From: an uncultured Anaerolinea sp.
Lineage (GTDB): Bacteria > Chloroflexota > Anaerolineae > Anaerolineales > UBA4823
Reading direction: 5' to 3'
Length of the DNA stretch: 64,000 nucleotides
NCBI GenBank assembly: GCA_964531975.1
Contig: CAZHFU010000001.1
Coordinates: forward strand, 139,177 to 203,176
Under the pieces are notes generated by a model. The model saw only the letters and a list, made by a program, of their open reading frames with translations, did not search any database and was not told where the DNA came from. Position numbers and translations under genes: made by a program. Below are positions 1 to 10,590 of this stretch, piece after piece; positions within the stretch are counted from its first letter, which is position 1; each line of letters opens with the position of its first letter.

Positions 1-22
1 AGATGTGATGTGTTACAAAAGG

Positions 23-505
23 TTACATGCCTGCCGAAATAACTTGCCCATCATCCTGGTGAAGAATGTAACCGGCAGACACCTTTACCGAGCCCCGCAG
101 CATGAGGCTTACTGAGCAATACTTCTCTTCAGAGAGTTGAATCGCTTGATGCAGAGCGTTAGGCTCCACCTGCCCCCACACGTGATAGGTAATTTCAATT
201 TCGGTATAAACCTTGGGGTGTTCATCAGCCCGCTTGCCGCGCACGCTGATCTCAAGTTTATCCAGGTTTTGCCGTTTCTTCTCCAAGATATTGACCACAT
301 CCATGCCTGTGCATCCGGCCACAGCAGCCAGCACTAATTCCATCGGGCCAAGCGCCGGCCGATTATCAACCGTGCCCATTTGCACCACGCCGCCGGCGGC
401 ATTGCGGCCCCAAAAACCCATTTGCCCATCGCCAGCCCATTCTGCAGTAATTTCGCGCCAATCATCGCCCATAAAACGCTCCTTTGTTAACATCAAGTAT
501 AGCAT
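23..505 (-). CDS. OsmC/Ohr-family peroxiredoxin-like protein
   Basis: 160-aa ORF of typical OsmC-family length, with two cysteines in family-like context (AVAGCTGMDV, EEKYCSVS). Confidence 0.8.
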   Translation of the reverse strand: MLYLMLTKERFMGDDWREITAEWAGDGQMGFWGRNAAGGVVQMGTVDNRPALGPMELVLAAVAGCTGMDVVNILEKKRQNLDKLEISVRGKRADEHPKVYTEIEITYHVWGQVEPNALHQAIQLSEEKYCSVSLMLRGSVKVSAGYILHQDDGQVISAGM

Positions 506-525
506 GGTGGGGCTAGTTTGTCAGG

Positions 526-531
526 TATAAT
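526..531 (+). promoter_or_regulatory. Candidate -10 box (TATAAT) 9 nt upstream of the scpA ATG, with no Shine-Dalgarno (SD)
   Basis: TATAAT at 526-531 and ATG at 541. The spacer cataccccg has no purine-rich SD. No convincing -35. Confidence 0.3.
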
Positions 532-540
532 CATACCCCG

Positions 541-1323
541 ATGGCTGGCGTAGCAAATCTCAACCCGAATTACACCGTGATGACCTCCGTTTACCAGGGG
601 CCGCTAGATTTGCTTTTACAGTTAATCGAACGCTCTGAGCTGGACATTACCCACCTGGCCCTGGCCCAGGTTACCGATCAGTACTTATCTCATATCAACA
701 CCATCATGCAGACAGGCGAAGTGGCCGCTGAGGAAGTCTCGGCCTTTCTGGTGATTGCCTCCCGCCTGGTACAGATCAAATCGGAGGCGCTGCTGCCCCG
801 CCCACCTGTGCGTCAGGCGGGCGAAGAAGACCCCGGTGAAGCCCTGGCCCGCCAGTTGATCACCTATAAGCGATTTAAGGAATTGGCTCAAGTATTAGCT
901 GCCCACGAAGCCGCCGGGCTGCGCACTTACCTGCGCAGCGCGCCCCCTCCGGCCTCCGAAGCAACCTACGACTTAAGCGGCGTCACCCTCGAAGACCTGC
1001 GTGAGGCCGCCGGTCTGGCGCTCGCTGGCGCACTTTTGCCGCCTCAGCTTAGCACAGTAGTGTCTGCGCCGAGAATTACTATCCGCGAGAAGATTAGCCT
1101 CATCGCCGAATACCTGCGTGTTAATACTAATGGTCAATTTATAGACTTGCTGCCCGACCGGCGGTTTCGATTGGAAGTGGTAGTGACTTTCCTGGCGTTG
1201 TTAGAATTAGTCAAGCGTCGCTTGGTCAATATCGAGCAGACAGATCTGTTCGGGCCAATTGCATTTGAGGCCTCTACAACCTGGGATGAAAACATGTCTT
1301 TTGATATAGAATTTGGTGAGTAG
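541..1323 (+). CDS. scpA: Segregation and condensation protein A (kleisin ScpA)
   Basis: 260 aa. The N-terminal [30 protein letters not shown] block is typical of ScpA. Confidence 0.85.
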   Translation: MAGVANLNPNYTVMTSVYQGPLDLLLQLIERSELDITHLALAQVTDQYLSHINTIMQTGEVAAEEVSAFLVIASRLVQIKSEALLPRPPVRQAGEEDPGEALARQLITYKRFKELAQVLAAHEAAGLRTYLRSAPPPASEATYDLSGVTLEDLREAAGLALAGALLPPQLSTVVSAPRITIREKISLIAEYLRVNTNGQFIDLLPDRRFRLEVVVTFLALLELVKRRLVNIEQTDLFGPIAFEASTTWDENMSFDIEFGE

Positions 1324-1373
1324 AACGGATTTTTATAACGGGGGCCATTATAATCGAACGTGGAGGTTACACC

Positions 1374-3473
1374 ATGGCGAATGCTTTAGCGCACGAAAAT
1401 TCCCCTTATCTGTTGCAGCACGCCAACAACCCGGTAGATTGGCGTCCTTGGGGGCCGGAGGCGCTTAATCGCGCCCAGGCTGAAGATAAACCCATCTTCC
1501 TGAGCATCGGCTACGCCGCCTGTCATTGGTGTCATGTGATGGCGCACGAATCCTTTGAAGATCCCGCCACCGCCGCGCTGATGAATAAACATTTCATCAA
1601 TATCAAAGTGGATCGCGAAGAACGCCCCGATATTGACGGGATTTATATGGATGCCGTTGTGGCAATGACCGGACAAGGCGGATGGCCGCTAAGCGTGTTT
1701 TTAACCCCGGACGGCAAACCTTTTTTCGGCGGTACATATTTTCCTCCGATGCGGCGCTACCAAATGCCCTCCTTCCGAGAAGTGCTCGAAACGGTGGCGC
1801 AGCTCTGGCAAAACGACCGCCAAGAACTGCTGCGCTCTGCTCAAGAAGCCGCCGAGCATTTAACCCACGCGGCTCCGGCTTCTGTTGGTGAACTCGACCC
1901 CGTTAAACTTGACCAGGCCGCCAAGCGGTTGAGCCAGGCGTACGATTGGCAGCATGGCGGCTGGGGCGGCGCGCCTAAGTTCCCACAGCCCATGGCGATC
2001 AACTTCTTACTCCAGCGCGCCCGCCGCGGTGATGCTTTGGCTCTGGATATCGCGGTCCATGCTCTGGAAAGCATGGGGCGCGGCGGCATGTACGATGTGG
2101 TGGGCGGTGGCTTTGCTCGCTATAGCACTGATGACGATTGGCTCATTCCGCACTTCGAGAAAATGCTTTACGATAACGCCCAACTGGCATTGGCCTACTT
2201 ACACGCTTACTTACTGACCCAGCGCAGCGATTTTAAGCGCATTTGTACCGAGACGCTCGACTTTGTGGCGCGAGAACTGCTCGATTCTTCTGGCGGCTTT
2301 TACAGCAGCCTGGACGCCGATTCGGAAGGCCACGAAGGCAAGTTTTATGTCTGGGGAGCCGACGAGCTGCGTTCGGCGCTTACCGCCGCCCAAGCCAGAG
2401 CGCCTCTCGCTTGCCCGAAGGTGGATTGGCCGGGCTTCTTTTTCGCCGCTTACGATGTGACGCCGGGCGGTAATTTCGAAGGGCGCACAGTGCTGCAGCG
2501 CGCACTGGACGATCAATCGTTGGCCGAAGCCTTTGGGTTGACCTCTGCTCAGGTGCAAGAACTACTGCGTTATATGCACGCCGCCTTGCTAGAGACGCGC
2601 TCCGCCAGGGTGCGTCCCGGCGCCGACGATAAGGTGTTGACGGCCTGGAACGGTTTGATGCTTACGGCTTTTGCCGAGGCGGCGGCCTACTTGCGTCGCC
2701 CCGATTATTTGGAGATCGCCCGCCGCAACGCCGCCTTTCTCTTACGGGCATTGTATCCTCAAGGGCGTTTGCTGCGTTCATGGCGCCACGGCTCCGCCGG
2801 GCACGACGCCTACCTGGAAGATCATGCCGCTCTGATTTTGGGCTTGTTGACCTTGTACCGGGCTGACTTTGATCTGCAATGGTTTGACGCCGCCCTGGGC
2901 CTCTCCGATGACATGCTAAGTCAGTTTCAAGATTCCGCCTATGGCTTCTTCGATACGCGCTCCGATGCCGCCCCATTATTACTGCGCCCAAAAGATGTGC
3001 AAGATAACGCCACGCCATCAGGCAACGCCCTGGCGGCCTTAGCCTTGTTGGAGTTATCGGCCTATACCGGACGGGAAGACTGGCGCGCGTATGCCGAGAA
3101 GATGCTGGCGGCCGTGCAAGATATCGCCGCACGATACCCCACTGGCTTGGGTCAGTGGCTGGTTGCCTTCGACCGGGCGGTTAATCCGGCGGCGGAAGTA
3201 GCCTTGCTCACCCCAGGCCTTGACCATCCGGGGTTCGATGCGTGGATCCAAGCCCTGTGGGCGGCGTGGCGCCCGGGGCTGGCGCTGGCGGGCGGGATTT
3301 ACCCTCCGCCGCTCAATGCGCCGGCCTTGTTAGCCAATCGCCCCCTGATCGACGATCTACCCACCGCCTACGTTTGCCGGCGCTTTATCTGCCTGCGGCC
3401 TACCACCCAGCTCGACGAGGCGATCCACCAAATCGATCAGTCATCGCCATCCGCGCCAGGACCGGCGATATAA
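1374..3473 (+). CDS. Thioredoxin-domain protein (DUF255/YyaL-like) with a GlcNAc-2-epimerase-like alpha/alpha domain
   Basis: 699 aa. N-terminal thioredoxin-like region with CHWCHVM, then a long alpha-helical toroid-like region. GGAGG SD 7 nt upstream of the ATG. Confidence 0.85.
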   Translation: MANALAHENSPYLLQHANNPVDWRPWGPEALNRAQAEDKPIFLSIGYAACHWCHVMAHESFEDPATAALMNKHFINIKVDREERPDIDGIYMDAVVAMTGQGGWPLSVFLTPDGKPFFGGTYFPPMRRYQMPSFREVLETVAQLWQNDRQELLRSAQEAAEHLTHAAPASVGELDPVKLDQAAKRLSQAYDWQHGGWGGAPKFPQPMAINFLLQRARRGDALALDIAVHALESMGRGGMYDVVGGGFARYSTDDDWLIPHFEKMLYDNAQLALAYLHAYLLTQRSDFKRICTETLDFVARELLDSSGGFYSSLDADSEGHEGKFYVWGADELRSALTAAQARAPLACPKVDWPGFFFAAYDVTPGGNFEGRTVLQRALDDQSLAEAFGLTSAQVQELLRYMHAALLETRSARVRPGADDKVLTAWNGLMLTAFAEAAAYLRRPDYLEIARRNAAFLLRALYPQGRLLRSWRHGSAGHDAYLEDHAALILGLLTLYRADFDLQWFDAALGLSDDMLSQFQDSAYGFFDTRSDAAPLLLRPKDVQDNATPSGNALAALALLELSAYTGREDWRAYAEKMLAAVQDIAARYPTGLGQWLVAFDRAVNPAAEVALLTPGLDHPGFDAWIQALWAAWRPGLALAGGIYPPPLNAPALLANRPLIDDLPTAYVCRRFICLRPTTQLDEAIHQIDQSSPSAPGPAI

Positions 3474-3510
3474 CTATCGCGAGATTATACGAGATGGAGG
3501 TCTAATTCAC

Positions 3511-4482
3511 ATGGAATACACAAATCTTGGTCGCACAGGCTTAAAAGTCAGCCGCTTATGCCTTGGCACAATGAACTTTGGTCCGCTCACTACGGAGAAA
3601 GATAGTTTTACTATTATGGATCAAGCCCTGGAGATGGGCGTTAATTTCTTTGACACTGCTAATGTTTACGGCTGGAAGGTTGGCGAAGGCGTAACGGAAA
3701 GCATCATTGGGCGATGGTTGGCTCAGGGCGGTGGAAGGCGTGAGAGCATTGTGCTAGCCACGAAAGTGTTCGGACGCATGGGTGACGGCCCCAACGACCG
3801 CCGCTTATCGGCTTATCATATTCGCAAGGCTTGTGAAGACAGCCTGCGCCGCTTGCAAACCGACCACTTGGATCTCTACCAAATGCATCACGTAGACCGT
3901 GAGACCCCTTGGGATGAAATCTGGCAAGCCATGGATTTGTTAGTGCAGCAAGGCAAGGTGTTATATGTGGGCAGTAGTAACTTTGCCGGGTGGCAAATCG
4001 CCCAAGCCCAAGCCGCTGCACAGGCCCGGCATTTCTTGGGTCTGGTGTGTGAGCAAAGCCTCTATAACCTGAACGCCCGCATGGTGGAGCTAGAAGTGAT
4101 CCCCTCGTGCCGGGCGAATGGCCTGGGTCTTATCCCTTATAGCCCGTTGGCCGGCGGGTTGCTGGGCGGGGCGCTTTCCGAGGAAGCTCAAGGACGACGT
4201 AAATCGGAACGGATTCAAGAGGCTATCGAGAAAAACCGACCGCAGATCGAACGCTATGAGGCGCTGAGCCGTGAACTGGGCGAAGCGCCCGCCGACCTGG
4301 CCCTGGCCTGGCTGTTACATAACGAGGCGGTCACTGCACCGATAATTGGCCCGCGGACTTCCGAGCAGCTGAGCGGCAGCTTGCGCGCGTTGGAGATTCA
4401 CCTGGAAGCCGATACCCTTCAGCAGTTAGATGAAATTTGGCCCGGCCCAGGCGGCGAAGCTCCCGAAGCCTACGCCTGGTAA
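3511..4482 (+). CDS. Aldo/keto reductase
   Basis: 323 aa with AKR blocks (LGTMNFG, FFDTANVYG, LDLYQMHH, GSSNF). GGAGG SD upstream. Confidence 0.9.
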   Translation: MEYTNLGRTGLKVSRLCLGTMNFGPLTTEKDSFTIMDQALEMGVNFFDTANVYGWKVGEGVTESIIGRWLAQGGGRRESIVLATKVFGRMGDGPNDRRLSAYHIRKACEDSLRRLQTDHLDLYQMHHVDRETPWDEIWQAMDLLVQQGKVLYVGSSNFAGWQIAQAQAAAQARHFLGLVCEQSLYNLNARMVELEVIPSCRANGLGLIPYSPLAGGLLGGALSEEAQGRRKSERIQEAIEKNRPQIERYEALSRELGEAPADLALAWLLHNEAVTAPIIGPRTSEQLSGSLRALEIHLEADTLQQLDEIWPGPGGEAPEAYAW

Positions 4483-4933
4483 GCCTGGTTAGTTGCGCAC
4501 TCCCCTACCGGGCGGCCCGGCGCTCTGTGCGCCGGCGGAGAAGGGCCTGGTTGGTGAGGTATGGGGTGCGCTTCGGTTAGATATATAAGACTAAGCCGTG
4601 TTTGGCGGTCTGGAAATTGTGGGTTAATAACCTCGCCTGCTGAACGAGCTGTTTAAGGCGTTATCATTTTGAATGTCTGCTTTTTAAGGGTATGATGTGT
4701 TATATTGGCTACACGCATTACCATTTTCATCAGCCCGATTCGCCCTTTAATCGCTGTGACCTGCTCATCAAGCGTTCAGGCCCGTTAATCGACCAGCGTT
4801 TCCGGCGGCTTAGGTAAGCTATGCTCACTTGATAGATTCTGATAGCCATTGCCCTTACAATAGCTGGTAAACCATTCTCGTTCGGGCAGGCGACCGCGCC
4901 AACGCACGCCTCCCCCTCAAGTTAGGAAACGCT

Positions 4934-6091
4934 ATGCGCAAAGTCGCTATCATCGGTATCGGCCAAACTCCCGTCAGTGAAAGTTGGGGACAATCGATCC
5001 GCGAAATCGCCGGAGAGGCGCTGTTCGCCGTCTTGCAAGACGCCGGACGCGCCGGAGCCGATGGTCTGTTCGTGGGAAATATGCTATCCGGCATCCTTAG
5101 CCGCCAGGAACACCTGGGCGCCATGGTTGCCGACTGGGTGGGCCTGCCCGGTTGCGAGGCCGTCAAGGTTGAAGCCGCCTGCGGTTCTGGCGCAGCCGCC
5201 ATCCGCCAGGCGATTATCGCCGTCGGCTCCGGAGAGATGGATAGCGCCATCGCCTTAGGCGTAGAAAAGATGACCGAAGCCAAGGGCGCCGAAACAACCG
5301 CCGCCCTGGCGACCGCCGCCGACGCCGATTACGAGATCATCCACGGCTTATCTTTTGTAGGCATTAACGCCCTGGTCATGCAGCGATATTTGTACGAATA
5401 CGGTTGGAACCACACCGACTTCGCCCCATTTGCCATCAACGCCCATGCCAACGCCATGCACAATCCCTTCGCGCGCCTGCACGAACCCGTCACAGAAAAA
5501 GCCTATCATAAAGCCCGCATGATTGCAGACCCGATCAACCTGCTGGACGCATCTCCAATTGGAGACGGCGCGGCGGCGGTTTACATCGTCCCCGCCGACC
5601 AGGTCCCCACCCTACCGGGCAGACCGCGGGTGGTTGTCGCCGCGTCTGCAGCCGCCACCGACACCCTGGCGGTCCACAGTCGCCGCCAGGTTACTTGGCT
5701 ACACGCAGCCGAACAATCCGCCCGCCAGGCCTACGCCCAAGCCGGCGTAACGCCGCATGATATCCAATTCTTCGAGCTTCACGATGCCTTCTCTATTATG
5801 TCGGCCTTGTCTTTAGAGGCTGCGGGTTTCGCCGAAGCCGGCCAGGGGCCGCGCCTGGCTCTGGATGGACAAATCTTCACCGGCGGACGCATCCCCATCG
5901 CCACTCTGGGTGGGTTAAAGGCGCGCGGCCATCCTGTTGGGGCAACTGGGGTCTACCAGGTGGTAGAGGCTGTGCTGCAGCTGCGCGGCGAAGCCGGCCC
6001 CACCCAGGCGCCAGAAGCACGCATCGGCATGACGCAAAATATCGGCGGCTCCGGCGCCACTATTCTGACGCATATCCTGCGCGCTGAATAG
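4934..6091 (+). CDS. Thiolase-domain protein (archaeal/SCP-x-type acetyl-CoA acetyltransferase-like)
   Basis: 385 aa. Thiolase-like active-site Cys context (VEAACGSGAAA) and C-terminal GGLKARGHPVGATG / NIGGSGAT blocks. Confidence 0.8.
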   Translation: MRKVAIIGIGQTPVSESWGQSIREIAGEALFAVLQDAGRAGADGLFVGNMLSGILSRQEHLGAMVADWVGLPGCEAVKVEAACGSGAAAIRQAIIAVGSGEMDSAIALGVEKMTEAKGAETTAALATAADADYEIIHGLSFVGINALVMQRYLYEYGWNHTDFAPFAINAHANAMHNPFARLHEPVTEKAYHKARMIADPINLLDASPIGDGAAAVYIVPADQVPTLPGRPRVVVAASAAATDTLAVHSRRQVTWLHAAEQSARQAYAQAGVTPHDIQFFELHDAFSIMSALSLEAAGFAEAGQGPRLALDGQIFTGGRIPIATLGGLKARGHPVGATGVYQVVEAVLQLRGEAGPTQAPEARIGMTQNIGGSGATILTHILRAE

Positions 6092-6261
6092 CAATACCTT
6101 CGGCCATCGCTCTAGACCCACGATACATGCCCAGGCGGGCGGTTTCCTCGCCTTAAAAACCGCCTGGCTGAGCGCCCATTCCGGCAATCTCGATGCCCTT
6201 CGTCTTTCCTCGAGGCCGGCATCCCCTGGTTCTCAATCATGGTATTCCCCCTTTCCTGAGG

Positions 6262-6273
6262 TACAATTACAAT
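6262..6273 (+). promoter_or_regulatory. Tandem TACAAT TACAAT -10-like boxes 7 nt upstream of the ATG at 6281
   Basis: TACAAT at 6262-6267 and again at 6268-6273. The spacer caacctc lacks an SD. Confidence 0.3.
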
Positions 6274-6280
6274 CAACCTC

Positions 6281-8374
6281 ATGAAGAAAACCGCCCTCCT
6301 TTCACTCGTCTTGCTGCTCATCCTCGCTCCCTACTCTGTAGGCGCGCAATCACCCCTCAAGACCCAACTAATTTTAACCGGGGGGAGTTCCAGCCCGGCG
6401 CTTGTGGCAGGCATGATTAACGCAATGCTCCCAACCGCCCGCGATGGACGGATGCACATTGTTGTCCTGCCGGTTGCCTCTTCCACCAACCCCGAACAAA
6501 TTACCGAAACCAATCGCAGCGAAAGCCTCAAAACCGCCGAAGCACGCCGCAAGCAGTTTGAAGACGCTTGCCGTCAACAAAGCGGCCCAAACTTGAGCTG
6601 CAAGGTGACCCTTGCCCCCGTTCTGGTGCGGGCCGACGCCCAAGACCCGGCCAACGTGGCGCTCTTTTCAGACAGCGTAACCGGAGCGATCATCCTGGGG
6701 GGCGACGCCGGCAACGGGATGCAGGTATTAAGTGGTTCACCGGTAGAAGCGGCTATGGAGCAGCTCTACCGCCGCGGCGGAGCAATTGTGGGCATGGGCG
6801 CAGGGGCCAATATGCTGGCTGGGCACATGCTGGCCGGCTACCGGCCCAACTTTGATATGAAAAGCGCCCTGTCATTTGGCGCAGTCGATATGTGGGATAG
6901 GTTGGAGCGCCAGGGAAGCTCCTTTGGCCCACAAGATGTGGTGATCGACAGCCAATTTAACGAGCGCGGTCGCCTGCCGCGCCTGCTGAATGCGATTTCC
7001 TTGCCGGCAGCCCCAGGTGTGGGCCTGGGCATCGATACCGGCATGGGCGTTAGCTTACAAGATAGCGCCAATTTAGGACAGGTTTTTGGCCCCTCCACGA
7101 TTACCATCTTAGATACTGAAACATATCACGCCGCCGCTGCGGTGCAATACCAACCCGGCTCAAATAATCTAAAGCTGCGCAATGTTCTCATTCACACCTT
7201 AGCGCCGGGCAGCTTCAATTACAACCTCCCTGGCCGCAGGCATTCGCTGGTTGGCCCGCCCGCCCAAATTGATCGCCATTACGATAACACCACTGCGCCC
7301 GCGCGCGCTGGGCCGCTGGTGTTATCAGCCAACTTGTTGGCCGCCCCGCAGCATGAAGATATATTGAACCGCTTTGTTAATTGGAGCGGCGGAGCGAAAG
7401 GGAACATTCTCATCATTGCCGCCGGTTTTTCGCGCCCCGATATTGCTCAGCTTATGGCCTCCCGCTTCCAAGACACCATGCGCATCCCCGCTAGAATTGT
7501 CATTTTGGAAGAGGCCTCCGATGAAATTGCGGGCCTCGACGGTGTTACCGGCGTTGTTGTCATCGGCCTCGATCAATCGCTCATCCGGCCAGCCAGCCTG
7601 GCCGCATTGACAACCGCCTGGCGCGCCGGCCTGCCGCTCTTGATGGATGGCGGAGCGGCCGCGATGGCCGGAAAATTTTATAACAACCCCACGCCTGGGC
7701 TGCCGGAGGCATCCGACCCGGCTTCCGATGCGCTGCCCGCCGGCGGCTTCAAAACCCAAACCGGGCTGGGGCTGGTCAACTTTAACCTTTCACCCCGCGT
7801 CCAGGATGATAATCGGTGGAATGATATGATTTCTCTGGCCTATAATATTCCTGCCCAACCGGCCATTGGGCTAACGGATGCCTCCTGGTTAGAGATCACC
7901 TCGGCGGGAAGCCTGGTTAAAGGCGACAGCCCCGTTTACGTTCTAGATTTCAGTTATGCCACTCTTTCGCGGGGGATCAACGGCGGCATGGTCATCGCCA
8001 ATGGATTGCTGGATGTGTTTGGCGCGGGCGAAATACTTGCCCCTGAAGCAGCCTCCGTTAATATCGCCCCGTTTCGGGTTCCTACACCAAACGCTATCAT
8101 TTCACCCCCGCCTGGGCTAGATCTACCCTGGATGGAGGCATCGCCCGCCGCCCTCCAAGCCACCCCCGAACCTACGCGGCGCTCCGCCACGCCTACCCCG
8201 CTTCGATTTACTTCGGATATAACCGATCCCATCACACCCTCATCCGAAGTGAGCGCAGCAATTACCAGTCCCACGGTGCTAAATCTGATGGTGATAGTCG
8301 GCGGGCTGCCTGTGCTGGTTGTGCTAATCGGCCTGTTAGTGCGCCGCAAAAAGCCAATGTCCAATCAAAGCTGA
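6281..8374 (+). CDS. Secreted, C-terminally membrane-anchored protein with two peptidase-S51 (PepE/cyanophycinase)-like domains that lack the nucleophile Ser
   Basis: 697 aa. Signal peptide (LLLILAPYSVGAQS). S51-like block IVGMGAGANMLAG (compare PepE GWSAGAN) and a second degenerate copy LLMDGGAAAMAG. C-terminal TM helix plus RRKK tail. Confidence 0.6.
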   Translation: MKKTALLSLVLLLILAPYSVGAQSPLKTQLILTGGSSSPALVAGMINAMLPTARDGRMHIVVLPVASSTNPEQITETNRSESLKTAEARRKQFEDACRQQSGPNLSCKVTLAPVLVRADAQDPANVALFSDSVTGAIILGGDAGNGMQVLSGSPVEAAMEQLYRRGGAIVGMGAGANMLAGHMLAGYRPNFDMKSALSFGAVDMWDRLERQGSSFGPQDVVIDSQFNERGRLPRLLNAISLPAAPGVGLGIDTGMGVSLQDSANLGQVFGPSTITILDTETYHAAAAVQYQPGSNNLKLRNVLIHTLAPGSFNYNLPGRRHSLVGPPAQIDRHYDNTTAPARAGPLVLSANLLAAPQHEDILNRFVNWSGGAKGNILIIAAGFSRPDIAQLMASRFQDTMRIPARIVILEEASDEIAGLDGVTGVVVIGLDQSLIRPASLAALTTAWRAGLPLLMDGGAAAMAGKFYNNPTPGLPEASDPASDALPAGGFKTQTGLGLVNFNLSPRVQDDNRWNDMISLAYNIPAQPAIGLTDASWLEITSAGSLVKGDSPVYVLDFSYATLSRGINGGMVIANGLLDVFGAGEILAPEAASVNIAPFRVPTPNAIISPPPGLDLPWMEASPAALQATPEPTRRSATPTPLRFTSDITDPITPSSEVSAAITSPTVLNLMVIVGGLPVLVVLIGLLVRRKKPMSNQS

Positions 8375-8427
8375 GGTAAAATACAGGCGGTATTTTACAA
8401 GAAAGTTCGAAGAAAGGTTCACCCTTC

Positions 8428-9804
8428 ATGCCGCTGCGACTTTACGACACTTACACCCGCTCTTTGCGCGAATTCGAACCCCTCCAGCCCGGCGTTGTGG
8501 GTCTTTACACCTGCGGCCCCACCGTTTATAACTACGCCCATATCGGTAATCTTCGTACCTATCTCTTTGAAGATGTGTTGGTACGGGTGTTGAGATATAA
8601 CCATTACCAGGTTAAGCATGTCATGAATATCACCGATGTGGGCCACCTCACCTCGGACGCCGATACCGGCGAAGATAAGATGGAGGCGGGTTCAAAGCGC
8701 ACCGGTAAGAGCGCCTGGGAGATTGCCGAGTTCTACACCCAAGCCTTCCAAGAGGATATGCGCCAGCTGAACATTCTGCCGCCCAGTATCTGGTGCCGCG
8801 CCACCGATCATATTTCAGAACAAGTAGAGGTGATCCGCTGCATCGAAGAGAAGGGCTTCACTTATCAAACCTCCGACGGCGTATATTTCGATACGTCTAA
8901 ACTGCCCGATTACGGTTACATGGCGCGGCTGGATGTGGAAGGCTTGCAGGCGGGGGCGCGCATCGACCTGGGCGAAAAACATCATGTGACCGACTTTGCC
9001 TTGTGGAAATTTAGCCCCCAGGATCATCAACGCCAAATGGAATGGGACAGCCCGTGGGGGGTAGGTTTTCCTGGCTGGCACATTGAATGCTCTGCGATGT
9101 CGGCCAAGTATCTTGGGCCATTATTCGATATCCACTGCGGCGGTGAAGATCATATCGCCGTGCATCACACCAATGAAATCGCCCAAACCGAAGCCTGCTA
9201 TGGTACACGCCTGGCGAACTTCTGGATGCACGGATACTTCTTGCAAATTGGCGACGAGAAAATGTCGAAATCTACGGGCGAATTCCTGCGATTGCAAGTG
9301 CTAATTGATCGGAGCTACGATCCCCTCGCCTACCGGCTGTTTTCGATGAGCGCCCATTATCGTTCAAAGCTCACGTTCAGTTGGGATGGCCTGGATGCTG
9401 CCCAAAAATCGCTCGACCGCCTGCGCATCGCGGCTTACGAGATGGGCGAGGCCGGAGAACCCAACCCTGCTTTTGTGGAGCAGTTTACACAGCACATCAA
9501 CGACGACCTTAACATGCCGCGCGCCATTGCGACGACCTGGGAATTACTCAAAGCCGACCTGCCCCGCTCCACCAAAAAAGCCACCTTACTGGTCTTCGAC
9601 CAGATCCTGGGCCTGGGCCTGGCGGAGTGGCAGCCGCAAGAAGAAGTCATCCCGCCCGAGATTTCAGCCCTGGCCGCCGCTCGCCAGGCAGCTCGTAAAG
9701 AGAAACGCTGGGCCGACGCCGACGCTCTGCGCAATCAAATCACCTCGGCCGGCTACGAAATCGAAGATACGCCTACCGGGCCGCGCGTGAAAATCAAGAA
9801 ATAA
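8428..9804 (+). CDS. cysS: Cysteine--tRNA ligase
   Basis: 458 aa with class-I signatures HIGN ([10 protein letters not shown]) and KMSKS (KMSKSTGEF). Confidence 0.95.
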   Translation: MPLRLYDTYTRSLREFEPLQPGVVGLYTCGPTVYNYAHIGNLRTYLFEDVLVRVLRYNHYQVKHVMNITDVGHLTSDADTGEDKMEAGSKRTGKSAWEIAEFYTQAFQEDMRQLNILPPSIWCRATDHISEQVEVIRCIEEKGFTYQTSDGVYFDTSKLPDYGYMARLDVEGLQAGARIDLGEKHHVTDFALWKFSPQDHQRQMEWDSPWGVGFPGWHIECSAMSAKYLGPLFDIHCGGEDHIAVHHTNEIAQTEACYGTRLANFWMHGYFLQIGDEKMSKSTGEFLRLQVLIDRSYDPLAYRLFSMSAHYRSKLTFSWDGLDAAQKSLDRLRIAAYEMGEAGEPNPAFVEQFTQHINDDLNMPRAIATTWELLKADLPRSTKKATLLVFDQILGLGLAEWQPQEEVIPPEISALAAARQAARKEKRWADADALRNQITSAGYEIEDTPTGPRVKIKK

Positions 9805-9813
9805 GAGGCACAC

Positions 9814-10590
9814 ATGAAATTGGCAATCACCGGAAAAGGCGGCGTGGGCAAAACTACCCTTACCGCGCTCTTAGCACAAACCTACGCCGATATGGGCCGC
9901 CAGGTGCTGGCAGTAGACGCCGATCCCTCGCCTTGCCTGGCCGGCGGATTGGGATTTCCCCCCGAACTACGCGCCCGCTTGCACCCCATTGTTGAAATGA
10001 GCGCATTGATCGAAGAACGCACCGGAGCGAAACCCGGCGTAATGGGCGGCTTTTTCACCATTAACCCACGGGTTGATGATATTCCTGAACGCTTCAGCGT
10101 GGTGCATCGTAACGTGCGGCTGCTCGAAATGGGGGCAGTCGATTTAGGCGGATCGGGCTGTATTTGCCCGGAAAGCGCCATGCTCAAAACGCTGTTCACG
10201 CATCTGCTGTTTCGCAAAGATGACATTCTGCTTCTCGATATGTACGCCGGGGTCGAACACTTAGGCCGCGCCACGGTTGATTTTGTGGATGCGATGCTGG
10301 TGGTGGTGGAACCCACCCGCCGCAGCCTGACGACGGCCGCGCAAATCAAGAAGCTTGCCGCCGATATCGGCCTCACTCGCCTATGGCTAGTTGGAAACAA
10401 GGTGCGCAACCCCGAAGAAGCCGCCTTTCTAGAGGCCGAGACCCCTGGCCTGCCAATTTTAGGCTGCCTGGAAGCCAACCTGGCGGTGCAAGAAGCCGAC
10501 CGGTTGGGAATTGCCGTGTATGATTATGCGCCATCGCTTAAACAAACCGCTTGGGATATGGCGCAGAAGTTGGTGGAAACCACAGCATGA
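9814..10590 (+). CDS. CooC-like (MinD/ParA-class) metal-insertion ATPase, paralog 1
   Basis: 258 aa. N-terminal P-loop ITGKGGVGKTT and a CxC metal motif (GSGCICPE). Starts 9 nt after the cysS stop. Confidence 0.75.
   Translation: MKLAITGKGGVGKTTLTALLAQTYADMGRQVLAVDADPSPCLAGGLGFPPELRARLHPIVEMSALIEERTGAKPGVMGGFFTINPRVDDIPERFSVVHRNVRLLEMGAVDLGGSGCICPESAMLKTLFTHLLFRKDDILLLDMYAGVEHLGRATVDFVDAMLVVVEPTRRSLTTAAQIKKLAADIGLTRLWLVGNKVRNPEEAAFLEAETPGLPILGCLEANLAVQEADRLGIAVYDYAPSLKQTAWDMAQKLVETTA

Noticed and set aside
4829-4866. TTGATA ... TACAAT as the thiolase promoter.
   Set aside because: The spacer between the hexamers is about 21 nt, too long for a sigma70-type promoter.
8200-8374. PEP-CTERM or LPXTG-type sorting signals at the C-termini of the 6281 and 24082 proteins (TM helix plus a basic tail).
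   Set aside because: No LPXTG or PEP motif lies directly before the TM helix. The only PEP tripeptide is about 55 residues upstream. A simple C-terminal membrane anchor is more likely.
8376-8398. AT-rich 9-bp hairpin (gtaaaatac aggcg gtattttac) upstream of cysS as a T-box or attenuator.
   Set aside because: It is far too short for a T-box leader, and no specifier or antiterminator structure was seen. It is at most a weak terminator for the upstream gene.
10551-10586. Longer N-terminal extensions offered by the ORF track: 10551 for the second cooC-like gene, 16165 for the methyltransferase, 11923 for the M24 peptidase, 58245 for trmFO, 58210 for tatA, 27233 for the lone REC and 39451 for the 1184-aa sensor.
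   Set aside because: Each extension overlaps the upstream gene or adds non-homologous residues before a canonical family N-terminus. An internal ATG with an SD or an ATGA overlap fits better (10587, 16246, 11974, 58200, 58291, 27146, 39436).
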